Positions 21,331-31,652 of a stretch of DNA of 64,000 nt are shown one piece after another. Source of the stretch: an uncultured delta proteobacterium (GTDB lineage: Bacteria > Desulfobacterota > Binatia > UBA9968); contig CAVYTU010000014.1 of assembly GCA_963771465.1 (NCBI GenBank), positions 608,001 through 672,000 on the forward strand, in the 5' to 3' direction. The translations under genes and the position numbers were made by a program. Position 1 is the first letter of the stretch. Every line of letters starts with the position of its first letter. The notes below the pieces were generated by a model. That model saw nothing but the letters and a program-made list of their open reading frames with translations. It ran no database searches and was not told where the DNA came from.

Positions 21331-22191
21331 ATGGCTGAATACTACGCCTTCCAAGCCGCGCTTTGCTTTTCAGTCGCTCACGTTCTCATCAGGCGCGGTC
21401 TGGTCGGCTCTAACGCGCTCACCTGTTCACTGATCTCACTGGCGACCACCGGAGCAATTTTTTGGTTGTTGGTTGTGATTTTGATTCCACTGTCCGCTCT
21501 GTGGACGCCGACCATCGGTTACTTTATCGCCGCTGGTATCTTCGCACCGGCGATCGGCCAGACCCTGGGTTACATCGGCATCGAACGGATCGGCGTGGCG
21601 CGCTCGACGCCGATCGTCAACTCAGCGCCGATCTTTTCATCGAGCTTCGCCGTACTCTTTTTGGGCGAAGTGTGGACGGCGCAGAATATTCTCGGCACGT
21701 TGTCGGTCATTATCGGGGTGATTATTTTATCTTCCGGCAAATCCTCGGCGGGCGAGTGGCGCAGGATCGACATACTCTACCCGCTGCTGGGCGCGGTCGC
21801 CTTCGGCATCTCGACGACTCTTCGAAAGTCCGGTTTATCGGTGTTGCCTATTCCCCTCTTGGGCGCGGCGGTGACTGTTGGCACGGCGTTTATCATCATA
21901 CTGATCGTCATTCGATGGCGTGGCGGCCGGCGGGCTCTCAAGTTCGATCCCGCAAGCACGCGTTGGCTGTTCGGCGCGGCGGTGGTCAACACTGGCGCGA
22001 TCCTTTCGGTATTCTCGGCTCTCAATGTCGGCAAAGTCGTGCGGGTCGAGCCGTTGATCGCGTCGAACCCCTTACTGACGATACTTTGGGTTGGGATTTT
22101 CTTACGACAAATCGAGCGCATTTCGGCGCGTATCGTGCTCGGGGCTTTGTTCACGGTCATGGGAACAACCTTGGTGGTGACGGCCCATTAG
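21331..22191 (+). CDS. EamA/DMT family transporter
   Basis: About 10 hydrophobic helices with an internal repeat; IGVARSTPIVNSAPIF and FLGE motifs. Confidence 0.85.
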   Translation: MAEYYAFQAALCFSVAHVLIRRGLVGSNALTCSLISLATTGAIFWLLVVILIPLSALWTPTIGYFIAAGIFAPAIGQTLGYIGIERIGVARSTPIVNSAPIFSSSFAVLFLGEVWTAQNILGTLSVIIGVIILSSGKSSAGEWRRIDILYPLLGAVAFGISTTLRKSGLSVLPIPLLGAAVTVGTAFIIILIVIRWRGGRRALKFDPASTRWLFGAAVVNTGAILSVFSALNVGKVVRVEPLIASNPLLTILWVGIFLRQIERISARIVLGALFTVMGTTLVVTAH

Positions 22192-22200
22192 CATTTTCCG

Positions 22201-23061
22201 ATGGCGATCTATTTTGCATTGCAAGCGGCGCTGTGTTTTTCGATCGCTCATATTTTTATCCGGCGCGGTCTGGTCGAGTCCAATGCCATCACCGGCTCGT
22301 TTATTTCCTTGTCCATGAGCGCCGTCCTACTATGGCTCGCCGTACCGTTTTTTGCGCCGCTATCGGCGCTGTGGCATCCGGCGGCGCTGATCTTCGTCGC
22401 AGCGGGCATCTTCGCGCCCGGTATTGGCCGAACACTGAGTTACGTCGGCATCGAAAGAATCGGCGTGGCACGCTCGGTGCCGATCGCAAATTCATCGCCG
22501 ATCTTTGCGTCGATCTTTGCGGTGGTATTTCTCGCCGAAGCCTGGGTTTTGCAGAATGTCATCGGCACGCTGCTGGTGATTGGCGGCGTTATCGTTCTGT
22601 CGATGGCGAAGCCCGCTCAGGGCGAGTGGCGTAAGCTCGACGCGATCTATCCGTTGATCGGCGCGGTGGCCTTTGGGGCGTCGACGACGCTACGCAAAGC
22701 TGGCTTGGGTTTCATTAACTTCCCGCTGCTCGCCGCAGCGGTGACCGCCGGCTCGGCGGCGATTTTCTCACTGACTCTGCTCCAAATTCAGGGTGGCAAA
22801 GCAGCGTTCAAGCTGACCCGCCATAGCGCCGCTTGGTTATTTCCCGCCGGGGTTTTTAATACCGCGGCGATGCTGTCGGTTTTCTTCGCTTTGAGCCATG
22901 GCAAAGTTGTCATCGTCGAGCCACTGGTGAGTTCTAACCCGGTGACGACATTGCTACTGACGGCGATATTTCTGCGCGACATCGAGTCGCTCACTTTGCG
23001 GGTGATCACAGGTGCCGCATTGACCGTGATCGGAACGATTCTCGTGGTGCTGGTGAAGTAG
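22201..23061 (+). CDS. EamA/DMT family transporter (paralog of the upstream gene)
   Basis: Same length (286 aa) and colinear motifs ALCFS.AH..IRRGLV.SNA and AGIFAP.IG.TL.Y.GIERIGVARS. Confidence 0.85.
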   Translation: MAIYFALQAALCFSIAHIFIRRGLVESNAITGSFISLSMSAVLLWLAVPFFAPLSALWHPAALIFVAAGIFAPGIGRTLSYVGIERIGVARSVPIANSSPIFASIFAVVFLAEAWVLQNVIGTLLVIGGVIVLSMAKPAQGEWRKLDAIYPLIGAVAFGASTTLRKAGLGFINFPLLAAAVTAGSAAIFSLTLLQIQGGKAAFKLTRHSAAWLFPAGVFNTAAMLSVFFALSHGKVVIVEPLVSSNPVTTLLLTAIFLRDIESLTLRVITGAALTVIGTILVVLVK

Positions 23062-23187
23062 CGGCTCTCGAAATCGATAAAATTTGGATTCTGATAATAA
23101 TCGGACGCGCGAAAAGCATCTCATGGTGCGTCCGTTTCCCTGTACTGAACGCAAAAGTTGTTTGCCGGCACCAATCGAATTAACAGC

Positions 23188-24096
23188 TTATTTTGTTAAC
23201 TTCGGCAGCACCTTCTCGCCAAACAAATCCAACTGCCTGGGATCCGAATCGGCGACGCCGATGATTAGTGTGCCGAGACCTTTGCTGAGGAAGTATTGGA
23301 TTTTCTCGATGCATTGGTCGGGACTGCCGACGATGGATACCGGTTCGACCGCGGTTCTTAGGCGGCCGTAGTAGCGCATGGTGTAGTCTTCGACTGCTTT
23401 GACCGCTTTGGCTTTGTCGTCGTTGATGGCCATGAAAGCTAAGCTCGCTTTTTCGATTTCATTTGGGTTGCGCCCTGCCGCGGCGGCGTAGCTGGCGATC
23501 TTGTCCCAAGTTAGGTGAAAGTCGGCGATCGCTGAGCTACCGGAGATAAAACCGTTTGCCCAAGTGCCGGCGCGTTTGAGCGCGGCTTCGGCGCTGCCTC
23601 CCGTCCATAGCGGCGGATGGGGTTTTTGCATCGGTCGCGGTCCAACGCTGAGGTTTTCTACATTAAAAAATTTGCCTTTGTGCGTGACGTTTTCTTCCGT
23701 CCACAGGCGCTTCATCAGCTGCACTTGCTCGACCGCTCTACTGCCGCGATGTTCGTAGGGAATCTCCACGGCTTTGTAGTCGGGTTCGCGGCTGCCGAAG
23801 CCGAGACCGATGGTAATGCGGCCGTTGGAGATGAAATCTAGCGTCGCGATAATTTTCGCCAGGTGGGCGGGATGGCGTGTGTTGCCGAGTAAGACCGAAG
23901 TACCGAGACGAATTCTCTGCGTTGCGCCAGCGGCGGCGGCGAGGATGGTGAGCGGTTCCAAATTGTCGTAGGCGATGCGGTCGATGGTCCACATCGAGTC
24001 GCAACCCATCGCTTCGCATTTCTTGGCGAAATTGACAACATTTTCCGGTTTGGTGAGCGGCGCTGGCGTGACCCAGGCGAGTCCGATCTTGGCCAT
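23188..24096 (-). CDS. LLM-class (luciferase-like) flavin-dependent oxidoreductase
   Basis: AAGATQRIRLGTSV, LAK..ATLD.ISNGR..GLG.G and PRPMQKPHPPLWTGG motifs. Confidence 0.88.
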   Translation of the reverse strand: MAKIGLAWVTPAPLTKPENVVNFAKKCEAMGCDSMWTIDRIAYDNLEPLTILAAAAGATQRIRLGTSVLLGNTRHPAHLAKIIATLDFISNGRITIGLGFGSREPDYKAVEIPYEHRGSRAVEQVQLMKRLWTEENVTHKGKFFNVENLSVGPRPMQKPHPPLWTGGSAEAALKRAGTWANGFISGSSAIADFHLTWDKIASYAAAAGRNPNEIEKASLAFMAINDDKAKAVKAVEDYTMRYYGRLRTAVEPVSIVGSPDQCIEKIQYFLSKGLGTLIIGVADSDPRQLDLFGEKVLPKLTK

Positions 24097-24233
24097 TTAC
24101 ATTATTTCCTTTCGAGCAGTGCGTCAGTCAAAATAGACCAGGCGCTCGCCTCTTTTCAAGGATGGGGGTCTGCGATATACGAGACAGCACGGGAGATTGT
24201 ATAAGCCGATTTAAACACAGGAGGAGCAAAGTC

Positions 24234-24665
24234 ATGGAAGCATTTACCTATAAGCTCAAGACGCCAATGATCACCGGTGGAAGAAGCCACATTCCGCTCG
24301 CCGACACGGAATTAATGTCCGTGGGAATCAACTATTATTCGGTTGGGCGCAAGAACAAACTCCATTGTCACTTTGGTGAGGATCATACCTTTGTCGTGTT
24401 GGACGGTCAGGCGACGTTCTATAACAAAGAGCATCAGCCGAACGTGCTAAATAAGGGCGAAGCGATCATGCTGCCAGTGGGCTGTCTTTATTACTTTGAA
24501 AATTCAGGTGACGTGCCGTTGGCGCTGTTGCGCGTGAGTGCGCTTAAGGGCAAGCCGGATTTCACTCGTGTGGACGCGGAAGGTAACAAAAGAACCGAAG
24601 TGGAAAATCAGTATATTACAGTGGACGGTGAACCCATCGCGGGTCAGTTTTGGGAGCTGAGTTAG
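24234..24665 (+). CDS. Cupin domain protein
   Basis: LHCHFGEDHTFVVLDGQATF motif; AGGAG ribosome-binding site. Confidence 0.75.
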   Translation: MEAFTYKLKTPMITGGRSHIPLADTELMSVGINYYSVGRKNKLHCHFGEDHTFVVLDGQATFYNKEHQPNVLNKGEAIMLPVGCLYYFENSGDVPLALLRVSALKGKPDFTRVDAEGNKRTEVENQYITVDGEPIAGQFWELS

Positions 24666-24736
24666 TAAATGACAGTTTGCTGGTCGTCAATCCGGTCGGC
24701 GCGGACTATCATAACCGTTTCAATTTTAGGTGAGAG

Positions 24737-25885
24737 ATGAAAATCGCCGACGTCAAAACCATTCGTCTGCGTGCGCCGATCCCTACAGAAGGACAGGTGT
24801 TTAGCCGCTCGGGGGTGAGAAACACGCGGTCGACGACGCTGATCAAAGTGGAAACCGATGACGGTATCTATGGTCTTGGCTCGGCTTCCGGGAACGGTGA
24901 GCTGATTGAAATCATCATTGCCCGCGTGCTGAAGCCAATGATCGTTGGTATGGACCCGACTGAGATCGATGAGATTTGGGACACGGCGTATGTCCGCGGC
25001 GGTCACAAAGAGTTTGGCACTCGTGGCGTTGGGGTTGTCGCGTTGAGCGGTGTCGATATCGCACTCTGGGATATACTCGGCAAAGCGCGCGGCGTTCCGC
25101 TCTATCAGCTATTAGGCGGCAAGGTGCGTGACAAAGTGCCGGTGTACGCAACCGCGCTTTACCCGGAAGAGCCGGCGCAAGTTGCGCGGCGCGCGCGTGG
25201 CTTCGCCGACCAAGGTTTTCATGGCGTGAAGATCAAGGTTGGTTTTGACTTGGATCAGGACATTCGTATCGTGCGCGCGGTGCGTCAGGAGTTGGGTAAA
25301 GATTTCATCGTTATGACCGACGCTAATCAAGGCTATAGCATCGACATTGGCATCAAGGCTGCGCAGGCGTTCGCTGATGCCGGCGCCTTCTGGCTCGAAG
25401 AGCCGTTGTTCGTGGAAGATATAGAAGGCCATGCGATTCTGCGTGAAAAAGGTAATACGCCGATCGCCGTCGGTGAAAATCTGCACATGACTTATGCTTT
25501 CGAGAATTTTATACTGCGCGGCGCGGTGGATTTCATTCAACCCGATGTGGCGCGCGCCGGCGGTATAACCGAAATTCGTAAAATCACTGCGCTCGCGACG
25601 AAGCACAGAGTACCGGTCTCGTTTCACACTTGGGGCGACGGCGTCGCGCTGGCGGCGAGTGTGCATCTATCCGCCGCGCTGAAAGACTGCATCGTCATGG
25701 AGCTCGACTATACTTACAATCCGCTGCGCGAAGAGCTGTTGCGCGAACCGTTCAAAGTCGAGAACGGCTATCTAACTCCATCCGATCGCCCAGGTTTAGG
25801 TATCGAATTGAATCCAGACGCTCTAGAACGCTTTGCCTTTACCGGTTCTGAAGATCTGGCAATTCGGCAGAAAACTTTGGCTTAG
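24737..25885 (+). CDS. Mandelate racemase-subgroup enolase superfamily enzyme
   Basis: DIALWDI.GK, KIK, DAN, EEP, GEN, QPD and His (SFHTW) motifs. Confidence 0.88.
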   Translation: MKIADVKTIRLRAPIPTEGQVFSRSGVRNTRSTTLIKVETDDGIYGLGSASGNGELIEIIIARVLKPMIVGMDPTEIDEIWDTAYVRGGHKEFGTRGVGVVALSGVDIALWDILGKARGVPLYQLLGGKVRDKVPVYATALYPEEPAQVARRARGFADQGFHGVKIKVGFDLDQDIRIVRAVRQELGKDFIVMTDANQGYSIDIGIKAAQAFADAGAFWLEEPLFVEDIEGHAILREKGNTPIAVGENLHMTYAFENFILRGAVDFIQPDVARAGGITEIRKITALATKHRVPVSFHTWGDGVALAASVHLSAALKDCIVMELDYTYNPLREELLREPFKVENGYLTPSDRPGLGIELNPDALERFAFTGSEDLAIRQKTLA

Positions 25886-26033
25886 TTGGTTGCGCCCTTT
25901 GCGGCCCTTTTTTAAGTAACACGCTTGTCATTTCGTTCATGCAGGAACGCGCAAGTTGAGCGTTCTTCGCATTTCACTTAACAGAATGTTGAATTCCCGG
26001 TAGTACCAGCGTCATGGTTCGTCGCGGTTCTGC

Positions 26034-26048
26034 TGGCACAATGCTTGC
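26034..26048 (+). promoter_or_regulatory. Sigma54 promoter
   Basis: TGGCAC-AATGC-TTGC matches the -24/-12 consensus; GGAGG and ATG 26091 follow. Confidence 0.7.
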
Positions 26049-26090
26049 GCTTTAGCGGTGAGATAATTTCACGGCTCAGGGGAGGCAAGC

Positions 26091-27743
26091 ATGATTAGGC
26101 AGTCATTTCGTTATTTGTCTAAACATTCAAAGATCTTTTTTGCGTGGCTGACGTTACTGGCATTCCTGACGAATTCCGCGGTTCCGGCGGCAGCAGTGAT
26201 GAGTGCGACTCAGGGTGGCGCGCTGCCGCAGCCGTTGCCGCTATTCCCCGCCGATAACTGGTGGAATCTGGATATCAGTGCTTGGCCAGCCGATGCGAAT
26301 TCACAAAACTACATCAATTTTGTCGGTGTTTCGCGCCAGCTTCATCCCGACTTCGGCGGTAGGGATACGAGTACACAGTATGGAATATACGGTATGCCTT
26401 ATGCCGTGGTTACTGGTGTTAATGATGTCGATCTCAAAGTCGTGCAGTTTCAATATTGGGATGAGAGCGACGGAGTCAATTTGAATACCGGCGTTAGCTT
26501 CCCTTTCTATCCTATTCCACCGCTAGCCGCTGTCGCCCCTTACTGGATCGAAGGCGGCAATCCGGGCAACATCGATGAGCGTTGCTGCGCTGACCGTCAT
26601 CTATTGATCGTCGATCGCGAGCGCAATTATCTCTACGAACTCTACAACGTGTTTTACAACACTACGCAAGCCAAATGGTATGCTGGATCGGGGGCGTTTT
26701 TCGACATGAACACCAATAACCGACGGCCAGATACTTGGACATCGGCAGATGCCGCGGGGCTAGCGATTCTTCCCGGCCTAGTCCGGTATGACGAAGTGTA
26801 TGACCCCGTCGTCCCGGAGATTCGCCATGCCCTGCGTGTCACGGTTCGAGCCACCAACGGTTATGTCTATCCGGCTTCCCATCGTGCGGGATCGACGACA
26901 GGAGCATTGCCGTTGGGTGCGAGGCTACGTTTGAAGGCGAGTGTCGACGTTACACAACGGACGAGTAATCCAAATATGCAGAAGATATTTCGGGCGATGC
27001 AGAAGTATGGCCTCATCGTTGCTGACAATGGCTCGGACATGTACATCACCGGCACGCACGACACGCGTTGGAACAACGACATTCTCAATCCCGCCTTCCG
27101 CAGTCTCACGGCAAATGATTTTGAAGTGATCCAACTCGGTTATAACCCGACGGTGAGTGCACCTGCGTTGAATTCTGTGGGCATGAATCCGTCCGCCGTG
27201 ATCGGCGGACAGTCGGCGACTGGCACGGTGACCTTGACCACGGCTGCGCCCGCCGGCGGCGTCATGATCAATTTGTCGAATGCTAACGTTGCTGCGAGCG
27301 TGCCAAGCTCGGTCAGCGTTCCCGCCGCTGCGACATCGGCAAATTTTTCCGTAACGACGAATTCGGTCACCGTTACGACGGTCGGCAACATTACCGCGAG
27401 CTACGACGGCGTCACAAAGTCAGCGACTTTAACCGTGAATCCTCAGCCAGGGGCGGCGCTTTCCGCTCTGTCCCTCAATCCGACCAGTGTTCGCGGCGGT
27501 AACAGCTCGGTGGGCACGGTTACACTCACAGCGCCGGCGCCCACGGGGGGTTTAGTTGTCGCTTTGTCGAGTAGCAATTCCAGCAAAGCCGCAGTGCCTG
27601 CGACGGTGACGGTGTTGGCTGGCAGCACGACGGCGACGTTCAACGTTACAACGGTGTCAGTAAGCCGAAAGATTATCGTGAGCATCTCGGCTTCGCGTGG
27701 GGGAATTACTAAAAGCGCCTCTCTCACGATCAGCAAGAGATAG
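26091..27743 (+). CDS. Secreted protein of unknown family with two C-terminal Ig-like repeats
   Basis: Signal peptide and a ~320 aa globular region (DRHLLIVD, WTSADAAGL, GLIVADNG). Ser/Thr/Val-rich ~95 aa repeats begin at 27162 and 27453. Confidence 0.7.
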   Translation: MIRQSFRYLSKHSKIFFAWLTLLAFLTNSAVPAAAVMSATQGGALPQPLPLFPADNWWNLDISAWPADANSQNYINFVGVSRQLHPDFGGRDTSTQYGIYGMPYAVVTGVNDVDLKVVQFQYWDESDGVNLNTGVSFPFYPIPPLAAVAPYWIEGGNPGNIDERCCADRHLLIVDRERNYLYELYNVFYNTTQAKWYAGSGAFFDMNTNNRRPDTWTSADAAGLAILPGLVRYDEVYDPVVPEIRHALRVTVRATNGYVYPASHRAGSTTGALPLGARLRLKASVDVTQRTSNPNMQKIFRAMQKYGLIVADNGSDMYITGTHDTRWNNDILNPAFRSLTANDFEVIQLGYNPTVSAPALNSVGMNPSAVIGGQSATGTVTLTTAAPAGGVMINLSNANVAASVPSSVSVPAAATSANFSVTTNSVTVTTVGNITASYDGVTKSATLTVNPQPGAALSALSLNPTSVRGGNSSVGTVTLTAPAPTGGLVVALSSSNSSKAAVPATVTVLAGSTTATFNVTTVSVSRKIIVSISASRGGITKSASLTISKR

Positions 27744-27756
27744 AACTTTTCGTTCC

Positions 27757-27800
27757 GATTGCGCGCGCTGAGACCACACGGCAACTCGGCGCGCGCGATC
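27757..27800 (+). terminator. Hairpin after the secreted protein gene
   Basis: GATTGCGCGCGCTGAG / CTCGGCGCGCGCGATC form a 16-bp stem with two G-U pairs; the U tract is weak. Confidence 0.45.
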
Positions 27801-28160
27801 ATTCTCCTTGGCAGGTTTGCTTCTTCAATTTCCAGCGATTTCTCTACACACTGTGTGGTATCGGGACGCGCAAAAGTTAATCCGTGAGTGTCGCTATGTG
27901 CCCTTCCGCCGGTTCCGGATATATCAAACATCATGATCATCGCGCCAAGTTTCGCCCGCGAGCGAAGGGTTAAAATCGCTTGGTTTTGTCGACGCTTCGA
28001 TCCTAAAAGAAATCGAATCCAGCGGCTTCTTTAATAAGCCGTACACACACACCAGTAGGTTTGCTCAGGCAACCGCAAAATTCAAATTCAATTTTGTCGT
28101 CGACGGTGTGAGCCGCGGCGTTGCCTAAAAACGTCCACTTGTTATGATGCGGTTTTTCCC

Positions 28161-29537
28161 ATGTACGAGCAGGATACGATTGCAGCGATTGCTACGCCAC
28201 CGGGTGAGGGCGGTGTAGCGATCGTACGTGTTAGCGGCGTCGACGCGGAGCGAATTGCCAAGCGAATTTTCATTCGCTCGGGAAATAAAAATGGAACACT
28301 CAAATCGCACATGCTCTACCACGGTAGCGTCCGTGATCCGCAGACGGAGCGCGTAGCCGATGAAGTGTTGCTCACTATCATGCGGCAGCCGCGCAGCTAC
28401 ACTGGCGAGGACGTCGTCGAAGTGCATTGCCATGGCGGCGCGTTTCTGTCGCGGCAAATTCTTGGTTTGATTCTCGCGCAAGGTGCTCGTCAGGCAGAAG
28501 CGGGAGAGTTTACCAAGCGCGCGTTTCTCAATGGTAAGCTGGACCTAGCGCAAGCAGAAGCGGTACTGGATCTGATTCGCGCACGAACGGCTAAAGGAGC
28601 CGAACTCGCGCTCAGCCAAGCGAGCGGCGCGCTTTCGAAGCACGTCGGTGGGTTGCGCGAAGTGCTGCTCGATATCCTGGTTCAAGTTGAAGCTGCCATC
28701 GACTTTCCAGACGAGGACATCGAACTCCTGCAGCGTCCGAAGTTGGTCGAAAAAATTACTACCCTCGCGGATAAAATATCCGCTATTTCAGCAACTTATG
28801 AATGGGGAAGGCTGTTTAGGGAAGGCGCCCGAGTATGTATCTGCGGCCGGCCTAACGTCGGCAAATCGAGTTTACTCAATGCTCTGCTCGGCGAAGCCCG
28901 GGTGATTGTGACGCCGATTCCCGGAACCACTCGAGATGTGATAGAAGAATCGATCAACTTGGATGGCCTCCCTGTTGTAGTTTGGGACACCGCGGGAATT
29001 CGCGAAACCGGTGATCAAGTTGAGCAACTGGGAGTGGAACTGGCGCGTCAATATCTAGCAAAGGCCGACGCGATACTTGTCGTATTCGACGGCTCTGAAA
29101 AGCTTACCGCTGAAGATTTCGCGGTGCTTTCATCCGTGAGAGCTAAAAAGCGCTTAGTCGTGATTAACAAGAACGATCTTCCGATGGCATTCTCAGTCGA
29201 TGAAATACAGCGGCACGATATGGAAGCTGTGCTCGTGCTGGTTTCTGCAAAATCTGCAGATGGGATTGATCATCTCAAATCAATTTTACGAAGCTTCCTC
29301 TTAAACTACCAAGCAGAACCGGTTGTTGCGGTATCTAATATTCGGCATCGAAACGATTTAACGCGCAGCGCGGGTTTCTTGGAACAAGCAGCAAGAGCAC
29401 TTGAATCTGGCGTGCCACCCGAGATTGCGTCGGTCCATTTGAACGAGTCTCGCGAAGCTCTCGAGGAAATAATCGGGATAGTCAATAATGATGATATTTT
29501 AGAACGTATTTTCACAAAGTTTTGCGTTGGAAAATAA
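28161..29537 (+). CDS. mnmE: tRNA modification GTPase MnmE
   Basis: [47 protein letters not shown] and terminal FCVGK. Confidence 0.97.
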   Translation: MYEQDTIAAIATPPGEGGVAIVRVSGVDAERIAKRIFIRSGNKNGTLKSHMLYHGSVRDPQTERVADEVLLTIMRQPRSYTGEDVVEVHCHGGAFLSRQILGLILAQGARQAEAGEFTKRAFLNGKLDLAQAEAVLDLIRARTAKGAELALSQASGALSKHVGGLREVLLDILVQVEAAIDFPDEDIELLQRPKLVEKITTLADKISAISATYEWGRLFREGARVCICGRPNVGKSSLLNALLGEARVIVTPIPGTTRDVIEESINLDGLPVVVWDTAGIRETGDQVEQLGVELARQYLAKADAILVVFDGSEKLTAEDFAVLSSVRAKKRLVVINKNDLPMAFSVDEIQRHDMEAVLVLVSAKSADGIDHLKSILRSFLLNYQAEPVVAVSNIRHRNDLTRSAGFLEQAARALESGVPPEIASVHLNESREALEEIIGIVNNDDILERIFTKFCVGK

Positions 29538-29595
29538 GCCTAATTAATATTATTGATATTTTAATTAAATCAAATTTAATTGGTAATTATGACTT

Positions 29596-29611
29596 TGTTT
29601 CACGTGAAACG
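29596..29611. promoter_or_regulatory. parS site 1
   Basis: TGTTTCACGTGAAACG, 15/16 match to consensus TGTTNCACGTGAAACA, immediately before the mnmG ATG. Confidence 0.9.
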
Positions 29612-31486
29612 ATGACCACTGAACAAATATTCGATGTGATCGTGGTCGGTGCCGGCCATGCTGGAATCGAGGCCTGCCTCGCTTCGGCACGAATGGGCTG
29701 TAGAACGTTGATGTTAACGTTGAATCTAGACCACATCGGCCAGATGTCGTGTAACCCGGCGATCGGCGGTATCGGCAAGGGGCATCTGGTTAAGGAGATC
29801 GATGCACTCGGTGGCGAGATGGGTCGGGCGATTGACGAAACTGGGATACAGTTTCGAATTTTAAATACCAAAAAAGGTCCCGCTGTCAGAGCTTCGCGAG
29901 CCCAAGCTGATAAGGCTCTCTATCGATCGCGGATGAAGCGCGTCCTGGAAAACTGTCCTGGACTGACAATAAGGCAAGGAAGTGCTGAGGTTTTAATAGT
30001 CGAGGATGGTCAGGTTAAAGGGGTTGAAACTCAGATCGGCGAAAAGTTCTATGGCCAGCGGGTCATACTCACCACCGGGACTTTTCTTAAGGGTTTAATC
30101 CATATTGGCGATCGAAATTTCTCAGGTGGCCGTGCTGGTGATTCTGCGGTGAATGGATTAAGCGAATCATTGGCAAGTCTTGGATTCAAGGCGGGACGAT
30201 TAAAGACCGGAACTTGTCCGCGCTTGGATGGCCGTACAATCGATTATTCCGAGCTAGAAATTCAACCAGGTGATGAGCCACCCCAGCCATTCTCATTTTC
30301 TAGTCATGGCGTTACTCAGCGCCAGGTGCCATGTCATATTACTTACACCAATGGGCGGACGCACGAGGTTATTAGAGCGGCGATTCACCGGTCACCCATG
30401 TATTCCGGTGTAATAAAGAGTCGTGGTCCACGCTACTGTCCATCCATTGAAGATAAGATTCATCGATTCGCTGATAAGGAGCGACATCAGATTTTTCTGG
30501 AACCAGAGGGTTTAGATACCGTCGAGGTTTATCCCAACGGTTTGTCGACCAGCTTACCACTCGACGTACAGATCGAGATGGTTCACTCGATTCGCGGCTT
30601 AGAGCACGCCGAGATAATGAGGCCAGGTTATGCAATTGAGTATGACTACTTCGAGCCCACTCAACTGTATCCAACATTAGAAACCAAGCTTGTCAGAGGG
30701 CTCTACCATGCTGGCCAGATCAACGGTACGACCGGTTATGAAGAAGCTGCCGCACAAGGAATCATAGCAGGGATTAACGCTGTATTGAGTCTACGCGACG
30801 ATGAGCCTTTAATATTTTCTCGCGATCAGGCTTATATCGGGGTTCTCATCGACGATTTGGTGACCAAAGGGACCGATAGTGAACCCTATCGAATGTTCAC
30901 ATCTAGAGCTGAGTACCGACTCTTGCTGCGAGAAGACAATGCCGACCTGCGCTTAACTGAGATAGCTCACAAGATCGGATTGGCCAGCGATGAGGCCAAC
31001 CTTAAATTGATTGCTAAGAAACGGTTGGTTGAGAATCTAATCAGCCATTTAGATCTTAATCAGATTGTTTCGACTCCTCAGAAAAATTCTCTAATGGAGT
31101 CTTTCAACTCAGCGCCACTCAGTGGCTCAGTTGTATTGTCCCAACTGTTGCGTCGGCCGGAGATCACTATGGAGCGTCTCCGTCAGCTCGTTCCAGATAT
31201 TCCGGTTGTGCCATCGGATGTGGAAAATCAAGCAGAGGTCCATATTAAGTATGAAGGTTATATCAATCGGCAATTGGAAATCGTCGAGCGGTTTAAAAAA
31301 ATGGAAAACGTACGATTGCCCGACGAAATTGACTACTCGCAGATAAGCGGCATCTCCCGAGAGGTCTGTGAGAAGCTAACCCGCATCCGGCCACGGTCGC
31401 TCGGTCAAGCATCGAGAATTTCCGGCATCACCCCAGCAGCACTTACACTTCTTTCGTTTTATGTGAAAAAACGAAAGAGCGCATAG
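29612..31486 (+). CDS. mnmG: tRNA uridine 5-carboxymethylaminomethyl modification enzyme MnmG (GidA)
   Basis: [50 protein letters not shown] and [11 protein letters not shown] motifs. Confidence 0.97.
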   Translation: MTTEQIFDVIVVGAGHAGIEACLASARMGCRTLMLTLNLDHIGQMSCNPAIGGIGKGHLVKEIDALGGEMGRAIDETGIQFRILNTKKGPAVRASRAQADKALYRSRMKRVLENCPGLTIRQGSAEVLIVEDGQVKGVETQIGEKFYGQRVILTTGTFLKGLIHIGDRNFSGGRAGDSAVNGLSESLASLGFKAGRLKTGTCPRLDGRTIDYSELEIQPGDEPPQPFSFSSHGVTQRQVPCHITYTNGRTHEVIRAAIHRSPMYSGVIKSRGPRYCPSIEDKIHRFADKERHQIFLEPEGLDTVEVYPNGLSTSLPLDVQIEMVHSIRGLEHAEIMRPGYAIEYDYFEPTQLYPTLETKLVRGLYHAGQINGTTGYEEAAAQGIIAGINAVLSLRDDEPLIFSRDQAYIGVLIDDLVTKGTDSEPYRMFTSRAEYRLLLREDNADLRLTEIAHKIGLASDEANLKLIAKKRLVENLISHLDLNQIVSTPQKNSLMESFNSAPLSGSVVLSQLLRRPEITMERLRQLVPDIPVVPSDVENQAEVHIKYEGYINRQLEIVERFKKMENVRLPDEIDYSQISGISREVCEKLTRIRPRSLGQASRISGITPAALTLLSFYVKKRKSA

Positions 31487-31545
31487 TCATTGCTGCGAGC
31501 ATCAAAAAGCGCTCAAACTCGACATCAGTTGTGATCATTTTCTTT

Positions 31546-31561
31546 TGTTTCACGTGAAACG
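31546..31561. promoter_or_regulatory. parS site 2
   Basis: Identical TGTTTCACGTGAAACG in the AT-rich spacer upstream of parA. Confidence 0.9.
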
Positions 31562-31652
31562 GAAGAAAATGCTTTTAATTCCATGAATTATATGATACAA
31601 GATTTTAATAAACCGATATATTTATAAGTTATTGAAATATAAGGTATTTTTA

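Noticed and set aside
21462-22634. 390 aa alternative-frame ORF spanning both EamA genes
   Set aside because: Arg-rich with no recognisable motif. It is a typical shadow ORF over GC-rich hydrophobic genes.
27800-28160. Possible oriC or c-di-GMP riboswitch upstream of mnmE
   Set aside because: I found no TTATCCACA-type DnaA box cluster. GGGACGCGCAAAAG only loosely resembles the riboswitch, and the GCAAAC/GAAA elements are missing.
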